IMG/VR virus record: IMGVR_UViG_3300025707_000003 | Span: 141,704-205,703 of that record | Length of the DNA: 64,000 nt | Reading direction: 5' to 3' (one strand) | Origin: a virus | Lineage: Duplodnaviria; Caudoviricetes | Shown: positions 18,947 to 26,194 of the stretch, in pieces | How positions within the stretch are numbered: the first letter of the stretch is position 1 | Layout: the number at the start of each line of letters is the position of its first letter | Notes under the pieces: generated by a model | The model's database searches: none | What the model saw: the letters and a program-made list of their open reading frames with translations, nothing else | Told to the model about the DNA's origin: nothing | Position numbers and translations under genes: made by a program

Positions 18947-19030
18947 ACACAATACTAATATATAAGGGGTTACGCTTCTGTTATAGGATTGCCAATAAAA
19001 ACTGTAACCCCTTATATATTAGTATTGTGT
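18947..19030. promoter_or_regulatory. Divergent promoter pair forming a perfect 27-bp inverted repeat
   Basis: 18947-18973 is the exact reverse complement of 19004-19030 (GTAACCCCTTATATATTAGTATTGTGT); 30-nt spacer. Confidence 0.85.
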
Positions 19031-19073
19031 AGGGGGGAACAATCCCCCGAAAATCGTATAAGGTTATTATCCT

Positions 19074-19091
19074 GTAACCCCTTATTTATAG
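19074..19091 (+). promoter_or_regulatory. GTAACCCCTTAT promoter motif
   Basis: GTAACCCCTTATTTATAG upstream of the AAA gene. Confidence 0.75.
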
Positions 19092-19131
19092 ACTCTTGTA
19101 ATCAACTCGCACTCTGACAAAGGAGAACCTC

Positions 19132-20268
19132 ATGGCTCGTCAAGCACCAAATCTAAATACTCTCAAAAGCAACTCATTCTGTGGAGTGAAGAGACTGATG
19201 TCTCCCCTCACAAATACAGAGATCAAAAGTGCAGGTTGGACTCCTGCCGAGCGACCCAACAACTATGTTGAGGACTCTTCAGAGGGATGGATGCAGGACG
19301 CATCCATGTTTCTAAAAGTGAATCACATGATCGTCAGTGGGCCAGCAGGCACAGGTAAGGATGATTTGGTGAAAGCGTTTTGCCACGCTTTCAATATCCC
19401 ATGTAAGAGGTTCGCCTTCAAGCAAGGCACTTCACCTACCGATTGGGTGACCCGAACCACCCTCGTTTCAGTCGATGGAGGTACTGAAACGAAGGAGGTC
19501 GAAGGGGAGCTTTTAAAGGCGTGTAGGGGGGTCACTTGTAAGCGAGACTTTACAGGTGCAACTCCACTCCAACTCTCTGAGTCCATCAAGGACATGGAGG
19601 GTAATGGGTACACCGTTATCAATAACGATGGTATGCTCACCATCACTGTCCCAGGAGTCGTCATCTTTTCGGATGCTGACCGAGCCTTACCCGATATGCT
19701 TGAACTGTTGAGGGAGGCTGTGGAGAATGGTAAAGAGATGATCGCCAATCCCATTGAGGGAGGGTTGTTCAAAGTGTTGCCAAATACTCGGTTTTATTTC
19801 ACCGCTAATAGTGGTGCAGATGGAAGTGAAGGTGGAGGGAACATCACTCAAATGAAAGACTCCAGCTTCTTGTCTAGGCTCATTGGTATCTACGCACCAC
19901 CTCCCACACCTAAGTTTGAGAGAATGGTTGTACAGGCTGAGTTTCCTCAGTTTGATACCGATCAAGTAAAGCTCCTAGTGGATTGCAATCGAGCGATACG
20001 CAAGGTGGCTGAAGAACAAGATATGGGACTTGAGATCACTCTACGACAGGCCAAACAGTGGGGTCATGCTTGTCTTTTGGTCATGAACGACTTGGGTATC
20101 ACTGACTTTAAGAAGGCACTCAAGCGTTCGTTTGTGACCATAAAAGGTCATTTAAATATGAAGCACAATCAGAACGCTTTTGAGGGTGCTATAGACCCTT
20201 ACTTGAGATCAGATGTGGTTGACGCTCAAAGCCAATCTTCATCTGATGTTTGCCCTATTGACCTCTAA
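19132..20268 (+). CDS. MoxR/CobS-like AAA+ ATPase with atypical Walker motifs
   Basis: GPAGTGKD, VIFSDADRA, sensor I YFTANS, SFLSRL Arg finger, ITLRQ sensor II. Confidence 0.85.
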   Translation: MARQAPNLNTLKSNSFCGVKRLMSPLTNTEIKSAGWTPAERPNNYVEDSSEGWMQDASMFLKVNHMIVSGPAGTGKDDLVKAFCHAFNIPCKRFAFKQGTSPTDWVTRTTLVSVDGGTETKEVEGELLKACRGVTCKRDFTGATPLQLSESIKDMEGNGYTVINNDGMLTITVPGVVIFSDADRALPDMLELLREAVENGKEMIANPIEGGLFKVLPNTRFYFTANSGADGSEGGGNITQMKDSSFLSRLIGIYAPPPTPKFERMVVQAEFPQFDTDQVKLLVDCNRAIRKVAEEQDMGLEITLRQAKQWGHACLLVMNDLGITDFKKALKRSFVTIKGHLNMKHNQNAFEGAIDPYLRSDVVDAQSQSSSDVCPIDL

Positions 20269-20286
20269 GGTCGGATGGTGCATCTC

Positions 20287-20303
20287 GTAACCCCTTATCT
20301 ATT
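20287..20303 (+). promoter_or_regulatory. GTAACCCCTTAT promoter motif
   Basis: GTAACCCCTTATCTATT followed by a TAGGTGA/TCACTTA stem-loop. Confidence 0.75.
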
Positions 20304-20354
20304 ATATCATGTAGGTGATACTGCTCACTTACTCACTCCTAAAGGAGACTCTCT

Positions 20355-21119
20355 ATGACAACACAGGAACAAAAAAACTTAATACTAAACGCTATGCGAG
20401 AGGTGTTCCCAAACATCTTGCCAAGTCGTCTTCAAGAGGCTCGACAAGCAGTCCTTACCCATGTGGGTATGACTGAAGCTGACTTTGGGTATTACCCATC
20501 GGGTCAACCTAAGTTTAATAACCTCTGTAGCCAAGCTGTTAAAACGCTCAAGTCTACAGGGGAGATGACCACTCAATGTTGGGAGTGGCGATGGAATGTG
20601 GTTTGCTCCGAAGAAGCACCTGCTCCTTCGTATGATAACACACCAATGGAGATGATGATGGAACTAGAAGATGAAGATGACCTCTTCGGTGACTTTGAGA
20701 TCGTACAGTCTACTCCAAGTCTCTATAATCTCAACGATGAGGAAACAATGATACGCCTCGTGGCTACGACCCCTTGCTTTGGCAAAGTCGTGCAATCAGA
20801 CTCGATGTGTCAAGGTTGTCCTCTCTTTGACTCTTGCTGTGAAAAGAAGGGTGAAGATTCCCTCGCTAAAAGAGAAGCGAAGGAAGCCCGAAAGGAAGCC
20901 CTAGAGCAAGCCTCTCTCGCAGGGTATGACTTGACTAAGGTCAAAGTACCCAAGTCGGCACGACTTCACGAGACACAGCATATAGAGGCACTAGCTGACA
21001 CCTCTTGTGTCGTGTCGGGAGAACCGATCCTCACAGGAGAGGTTGCCTATCATATCCCAAGTTGGGGTATGGTAAAGAAAGTCATTGGAGACTCATATAA
21101 AGCAATGAACAATCTATAA
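20355..21119 (+). CDS. Mrr_N-like winged-helix domain fused to an acidic linker and a Cys-rich domain
   Basis: YPSGQPKFNNLCSQAVKTLKSTG resembles Mrr_N (PSGQ.RF.NR..WA...LK.AG); CFG...CQGCPLFDSC. Confidence 0.6.
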   Translation: MTTQEQKNLILNAMREVFPNILPSRLQEARQAVLTHVGMTEADFGYYPSGQPKFNNLCSQAVKTLKSTGEMTTQCWEWRWNVVCSEEAPAPSYDNTPMEMMMELEDEDDLFGDFEIVQSTPSLYNLNDEETMIRLVATTPCFGKVVQSDSMCQGCPLFDSCCEKKGEDSLAKREAKEARKEALEQASLAGYDLTKVKVPKSARLHETQHIEALADTSCVVSGEPILTGEVAYHIPSWGMVKKVIGDSYKAMNNL

Positions 21120-21146
21120 AATACTAACTTCGTAAAAGGAGAAAAT

Positions 21147-21776
21147 ATGAACACTACAGAACAAGTCTTAGATTACGCTAAGAGCGTACACCTCGCCCTT
21201 AAAGGCGAACCACTACCAATCGAGTTTGCAGACTCAGACCATCCTTATGAGGGTCACAGCACCGAAGTGATCCAAAACCTTGTGGACGGAGACTTAGTTA
21301 AATCTCAAGTGAGAGCTTTTGAGAAAGGTCTAAAGTCAGAGATGGAAGCAATGTACGCAACTCTTATGTGCGATACTCCAGTCAAAGTCACAAAGGGTAG
21401 TATGGACAAGCGTGGTATCGAAGGGTTTATCCTTCACGCCCGCGAACCACTTCAAGGATCGGGGAAGGCACTCTTTGTCTATGATGTCTTGACCAATAAA
21501 TCGTGCATGGTTCGAGACTCTGCAACTAAAGTACGAATCCCTAAGCCAGGTGAAAGACACACCCTAAAAGAGACTTATAGAGTGTGCAAATCTCTAGCCC
21601 CTCACTTCACTAAAGGCAAAGATGTAGTCCTCAAGACAAACTCATCGACAGGATTCATTGTTGAGGACGCTCATAAAAACTCAAACTTAGACGGTAATGG
21701 CTTTCACCAAGTATCCGTCCAATGGGTCGGTGGAGAAACTTCAACACATATCCTAACTGAACTAAACCTAAAATAA
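21147..21776 (+). CDS. Hypothetical protein
   Basis: 209 aa, RBS AAAGGAG. Confidence 0.75.
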   Translation: MNTTEQVLDYAKSVHLALKGEPLPIEFADSDHPYEGHSTEVIQNLVDGDLVKSQVRAFEKGLKSEMEAMYATLMCDTPVKVTKGSMDKRGIEGFILHAREPLQGSGKALFVYDVLTNKSCMVRDSATKVRIPKPGERHTLKETYRVCKSLAPHFTKGKDVVLKTNSSTGFIVEDAHKNSNLDGNGFHQVSVQWVGGETSTHILTELNLK

Positions 21777-21796
21777 ACTTCGCACAGGAGAACACA

Positions 21797-22213
21797 ATGA
21801 ACTTCAACACACTTATGAACACAATGAACGATACTAACCTCGACATCAACCAACGAACCGAAGCGGCAAGTAAACTATGGGAAGCACAGAACAGGTTTAA
21901 CAAGTCTCTTAAAAGTTTCAAGTCAGAACTGATCGAGATGGCAGATGACCAAGATCTTATCATCGAGTCGGCATCGGGTAAATACACCACGAGGGTAGAA
22001 AAACAACCCCCCACACCTAAGTTGGAATCGGTAGACATCTGCGACATCGAGGACGCTATCAGTGAAGATCTCTTTGATCAATACATCGCTCATAGTTATA
22101 CGATCCGTTGGAGCGAGTTTAGAGAGGCTCCAGAAGAGGTGAAAGAAGCGTTCTATGCTGTACCCAACCTCGAAACGATGCAGACCTACCAAGTCAAGTT
22201 TAAGAGGTCTTAG
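21797..22213 (+). CDS. Hypothetical protein
   Basis: 138 aa, RBS AGGAG. Confidence 0.75.
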   Translation: MNFNTLMNTMNDTNLDINQRTEAASKLWEAQNRFNKSLKSFKSELIEMADDQDLIIESASGKYTTRVEKQPPTPKLESVDICDIEDAISEDLFDQYIAHSYTIRWSEFREAPEEVKEAFYAVPNLETMQTYQVKFKRS

Positions 22214-22230
22214 TAACCCCTTATTTATAA
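22213..22230 (+). promoter_or_regulatory. GTAACCCCTTAT promoter motif
   Basis: Overlaps the TAG stop of 21797..22213. Confidence 0.75.
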
Positions 22231-22253
22231 ATCACTTCCCAAAGGAGAACTAC

Positions 22254-22988
22254 ATGATCCATCAAAACAAAAGACGAGCCTTCCACAAAGGCATGGTAGC
22301 GGGTAAGACTCCTGCTGAGATCGCACAAGACTGGGAGCTAACTGAGCTTGATGTCGTACAGACGCTCAGACACCCGAAGCCTAAGATTGGATGGGCTAAC
22401 TATAACCACTTAAAAGTACCAATCCCGATGGACGAGATCATAGATGCGTACCACGGGGGTACGCTTGAGGTCTTAGGTGAACTTTATGGTGTGACTAAAC
22501 AAACAATATATCAGCGACTCCCTCAAGAACTGAGAAAGTCAGCAAAACGAGGTCGAAAACCTAAAGACAGTAGACCCACAGAGGCCACACTCCTCACTTC
22601 AGAAGAAAAAGATCGGATTGTAGCTCGCTACTACCGTTCAGGTCGCAAGCTCTCTGCCTGTGGGGTCACGAGTCAGATCGCTAAAGAGGTCTTAACCGAA
22701 CAAGAGATCTCTTTCCTAAAGAAAGGAGAACAAATACCACCCAAAGATATGGTCGCTTTACTTGACTGTCTCTTAGAAAAGACAGCTCAAGGTATCATCG
22801 AGCCTCAAGTGATGTACAGTTGGAGTCGGAAACTTTATGAGCTTAAGACCAATAACCCTCATGTCTGGAAAGGGCAAATGCTAGACTGGCTCTTAGAAAA
22901 TAAAATCTCTCAAGATGTTGTTCCACATATAAATGAAGCTATCGGAGAGATCATTAAACTACGGGGTTATGAAGATGCTGACAGTTAA
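22254..22988 (+). CDS. Putative DNA-binding protein with two HTH-like motifs and an AT-hook-like KRGRKPK
   Basis: TPAEIAQDWELTELDV, TLEVLGELYGVTKQTIYQRL; ATG 22254 after AAAGGAG. Confidence 0.7.
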   Translation: MIHQNKRRAFHKGMVAGKTPAEIAQDWELTELDVVQTLRHPKPKIGWANYNHLKVPIPMDEIIDAYHGGTLEVLGELYGVTKQTIYQRLPQELRKSAKRGRKPKDSRPTEATLLTSEEKDRIVARYYRSGRKLSACGVTSQIAKEVLTEQEISFLKKGEQIPPKDMVALLDCLLEKTAQGIIEPQVMYSWSRKLYELKTNNPHVWKGQMLDWLLENKISQDVVPHINEAIGEIIKLRGYEDADS

Positions 22989-23307
22989 GCAAGACGATAA
23001 GAGGATTGTTAATCCCGATATAGATTCGCTAACTGAGCATCTTGCCACTAAGGAAGAACTGTTCAAAATGCTCGTGGCAGAATGTGGCTTCATCGCCTCT
23101 CATCGAAATCATGTATGGACACATACAAAAGACGATAAGTTCAGCGTCCAACTCGACCCTTCAAAAGGCATCTTCCTGTTCGAGTACGGGTATACTTCAG
23201 ATAAAGTAGTCTACCCTAAAAAAGCAGGTGGTGCTGAGTTCGTCAACAGGTTCTTGGAAAGCTCTCGGAACTTTTTCCACAAGGTGGTTGTTAAGCCAAC
23301 GAAGTAA
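22975..23307 (+). CDS. ExGF paralog family protein (divergent)
   Basis: VAECGF; likely start 22975 overlapping the previous gene end. Confidence 0.65.
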   Translation: MLTVKQDDKRIVNPDIDSLTEHLATKEELFKMLVAECGFIASHRNHVWTHTKDDKFSVQLDPSKGIFLFEYGYTSDKVVYPKKAGGAEFVNRFLESSRNFFHKVVVKPTK

Positions 23308-23310
23308 AAC

Positions 23311-24048
23311 CTACTTGCAGTTGTATTTACTGTAAAGTTGATCTTCCTTCTTCAGATTAAAGACGGTCTTGATGTCTACACTCCCATCTCTCTGAGGAAC
23401 AAACCCTACGAAGACACCCATATATTTATGGTTGATCTCCATCTCTCGATTACGCCTTCTCATATCGTCCATCTGCTTCTTGAGTTGATCACGAGACAAA
23501 GTTCTTTCAAACCATTCCCAGTTAGCTTTGATTTCTTCATGCTTTTCTTTATTTGCCATAGCGATTTCTTTAAGTCGGTCATAATCTCGCATACCCTCTA
23601 CTACTAAGGCATTCTGTGTATGCCAGTGCTTCACAACAGCCTCTACTTGTTTCATAGTCACGCCTCTCAGATCCATTCTAAACTGAGCGTGTTGAGAATA
23701 AGTGATATGTGGAATGTTGACTGGTATCTTTTTGTTATTTTTTCCGTATACAATCTCCTCACCCTCTACTCTCTCCCTCAATCTTCTAGGGTAAGTCAGA
23801 CCATACCAATCATTCCTATCTCTATTAGAAATGTCTTCTAACCCCTCTCGATTAGAATCTTGGTGTGTGACGACATTAAGATCCTCTAACACATCTTTGA
23901 CATACCTTAGCTCATCAATGTTAGCCTTATTATTCTTCGCCCTCTCAAGAATGATACAGGGATCTTGTGTGCCAAGACCTGGTGTTAAGTCAGCCTGTCT
24001 TTCGAGGCAAGCAATTCTTAATCTTAAATACGCTAGCTTGTCATACAT
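23311..24048 (-). CDS. RIA-leader protein with DUF4258-like (BECR/RelE-type RNase-like) domain
   Basis: MYDKLAYLRLRIACLERQA; YSQHAQFRMDLRGVTMKQV...IKTVF; antisense in a + strand run. Confidence 0.7.
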   Translation of the reverse strand: MYDKLAYLRLRIACLERQADLTPGLGTQDPCIILERAKNNKANIDELRYVKDVLEDLNVVTHQDSNREGLEDISNRDRNDWYGLTYPRRLRERVEGEEIVYGKNNKKIPVNIPHITYSQHAQFRMDLRGVTMKQVEAVVKHWHTQNALVVEGMRDYDRLKEIAMANKEKHEEIKANWEWFERTLSRDQLKKQMDDMRRRNREMEINHKYMGVFVGFVPQRDGSVDIKTVFNLKKEDQLYSKYNCK

Positions 24049-24108
24049 TGTTTATGCCTTTCATATAAATGATCTGTAGTATGATAGAGATAAAGAAAGT
24101 ATTAAGTT

Positions 24109-24519
24109 ATGGATGTTCAAATTTGTGGTCAATGTAACTGGCCTATGGAGGATAGTCATTTTAACATCTGTTGGACTTGCTGGAGAGATACGCAAGGGCA
24201 TAAGAGGATAAAGTCGGATCTAAAATATGAAGCCCTACAAAAGATCATACATAAACTTCTACAAGAAGAAACGCCCCCCGACCATCAAGCCAACATCCTA
24301 AAGGTTGAAAACCACCAGCTTAAAATACAGATGAACCAGCTTAAGATGCAGATTTCTTGCTTGATTCATGCACGAGATAATTCCCCTAAGCATCCTCTTG
24401 ATCAGAACCTTATCAAAACCCTCCTCATGTTCTGTCACCCAGATAAAAACCAAACACGAGAAGTAGAAGCTGGAGAAATCACTAAAACTTTACTCAAAAT
24501 GAGGGAGAAGAAAAAATGA
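24109..24519 (+). CDS. Zinc-finger + truncated J-domain-like protein
   Basis: CGQC...CWTC, coiled coil, LLMFCHPDKN (HPD motif). Confidence 0.65.
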   Translation: MDVQICGQCNWPMEDSHFNICWTCWRDTQGHKRIKSDLKYEALQKIIHKLLQEETPPDHQANILKVENHQLKIQMNQLKMQISCLIHARDNSPKHPLDQNLIKTLLMFCHPDKNQTREVEAGEITKTLLKMREKKK

Positions 24520-24884
24520 TGACATACCTAAGTAGAGACAGCGAGGGGCGAATGATCCCCAACCCCTCATTAATGACCAACATAGAAATGACCCAACACC
24601 TATCCCCCGCTGATTGGAAAGATGTTTTTGCGGAGATTGGGTTTGTAGACGACCAAGACCCTTATCCTAAGCATAACGCAAATTTATATCCAGACAGAGT
24701 TCACTACAAACACGACAAGGACTCCAACCTTCGCCTTAGCTTTGACAGTAGTATAAATCTGGTCACTATCTCCACAGATACCACTGAAGAAATCTATATT
24801 TACCCTGTTGATTCTAACTCTTTAAGCTATGCAATTGGACTCTTGTTAAAAACCATACGAGGTCTATATGAAACTCACTGTTGA
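24516..24884 (+). CDS. ExGF paralog family protein
   Basis: FAEIGF...KTIRGLY. Confidence 0.7.
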   Translation: MMTYLSRDSEGRMIPNPSLMTNIEMTQHLSPADWKDVFAEIGFVDDQDPYPKHNANLYPDRVHYKHDKDSNLRLSFDSSINLVTISTDTTEEIYIYPVDSNSLSYAIGLLLKTIRGLYETHC

Positions 24885-25314
24885 ACTCGTCCCTCAATCC
24901 TCATGGGGCAATAACCTACGCTCTGAAGCCAACCTCTCCAAAGCTCAATGGGATAAGCTACGCAAAGCCTCTTACAAGCAAGCAGGGTACAAATGCGAGG
25001 TCTGTGGGGGTAAAGGATCTAAGTGGCCAGTAGAGTGCCACGAGATTTGGCACTATGATGACCAGAACAAAAATCAAACTCTCAAGGGTCTGATTTCTCT
25101 CTGCCCCACCTGCCACAAAGCAAAGCACATCGGACGAACCTTATCCGTTGAACCCCCACAAGTTCAATCGCAGGTACTACATCAACTCGCTTCGATTAAT
25201 AACCTTACACCCCAAAAGACTGAGGACTACATCGTCCGAGTCTTTGAAGTATGGAACGAGAGATCCCAACATCAGTGGACGCTAGACCTCTCGTGGCTCG
25301 ATGATAACCTTTAA
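24868..25314 (+). CDS. HNH endonuclease family protein
   Basis: CEVCGG...ECHEIW...LCPTCHKAKH. Confidence 0.8.
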   Translation: MKLTVELVPQSSWGNNLRSEANLSKAQWDKLRKASYKQAGYKCEVCGGKGSKWPVECHEIWHYDDQNKNQTLKGLISLCPTCHKAKHIGRTLSVEPPQVQSQVLHQLASINNLTPQKTEDYIVRVFEVWNERSQHQWTLDLSWLDDNL

Positions 25315-25318
25315 AATC

Positions 25319-25678
25319 TTAACCACCTAGTATTTCTTCGATCTCTTTTGAAGAAAGCACAACTGGTAACCCTAAAGGATTTTTACGCTCATGTGTCCAT
25401 ACCGACCTTATGGTATCGAACAAGCTTTGGCGTGTAAAAAACATCTCGGAGTAGTTGTTTATTTCGACTATCCAGCCATGTCTTTCTTCCCCTTGCTGGA
25501 TAACCTTTAACACCCCCTCGTCTGTCTTTAAAGCGTAGATTCCAGAATCAATCGGTTCAAACCCTATCTCCAAACAAGCACCTCTAATCAAATCTTCAGC
25601 CTCTTCATCAGGTAAGAGTTTGTGATACTCCCACTCAATCTTCCCATTCACTTTGCGTGTGTATCTTTTCATAATCAA
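25319..25678 (-). CDS. ExGF...IRxVW paralog family protein
   Basis: CLEIGF...TIRSVW. Confidence 0.75.
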   Translation of the reverse strand: MIMKRYTRKVNGKIEWEYHKLLPDEEAEDLIRGACLEIGFEPIDSGIYALKTDEGVLKVIQQGEERHGWIVEINNYSEMFFTRQSLFDTIRSVWTHERKNPLGLPVVLSSKEIEEILGG

Positions 25679-25911
25679 GCACTCGCTCTAAAGAGCATGG
25701 TGTTAAGTGCTTGGATCTTACGCTCTACCCAAAGAACAGTCTTGAGGACAAAGCTCGGTTCGTCCAGCACAGTCAGAGTATTTACCATAGCCTTATAAGC
25801 CTTCGGATCAAACTCTAGGTCATCATTATTTGGGATCTTTACATGGTGTGATCCATCTCGCTCGATTATGATGATGATTGATTCTTGTAGATCTCTTTTA
25901 GTTAGACTCAT
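25675..25911 (-). CDS. Small hypothetical protein
   Basis: 78 aa, coupled to 25319..25678. Confidence 0.65.
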   Translation of the reverse strand: MSLTKRDLQESIIIIIERDGSHHVKIPNNDDLEFDPKAYKAMVNTLTVLDEPSFVLKTVLWVERKIQALNTMLFRASA

Positions 25912-26194
25912 GGATAAGTCCTTTTTCCTTTAAGGAGTTTGTAAGTTGCCCCCAAGTCATCGTTGATGTTAGGGGGAGTATGATTGTACTTGTGGTAAAG
26001 TTTAAGGTAAGCAACTTGTTCTCCAACCTCACGCTGTTAAGTGTCGGAGCGATTGTCTTTAAAAATCTCTCTAGTCGGCTTTCGCTTAACAGCGTGAGAG
26101 GAGTCTCCTTATGAGTCTTGAGGGTTGTACTTGTGGTAAAGTTTGTTGACATAGATCGCCACCCCTCCCCAAATGCTCTGTAGTGGACAGTCAA
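25898..26194 (-). CDS. Hypothetical protein (start uncertain)
   Basis: Fills the gap between minus-strand genes; 5' part overlaps 26109..27299. Confidence 0.4.
   Translation of the reverse strand: MTVHYRAFGEGWRSMSTNFTTSTTLKTHKETPLTLLSESRLERFLKTIAPTLNSVRLENKLLTLNFTTSTIILPLTSTMTWGQLTNSLKEKGLIHESN

Noticed and set aside
24868-25314. HNH gene as a mobile homing element
   Set aside because: It is translationally coupled within an operon and not inside an intron or intein; no evidence of mobility.
25984-26144. 20-nt direct repeat TTGTACTTGTGGTAAAGTTT (25984 and 26125) as a target-site duplication or att site
   Set aside because: Only 141 nt apart, with no recombinase nearby; it may simply encode a repeated NFTTST peptide in an ORF of uncertain start.
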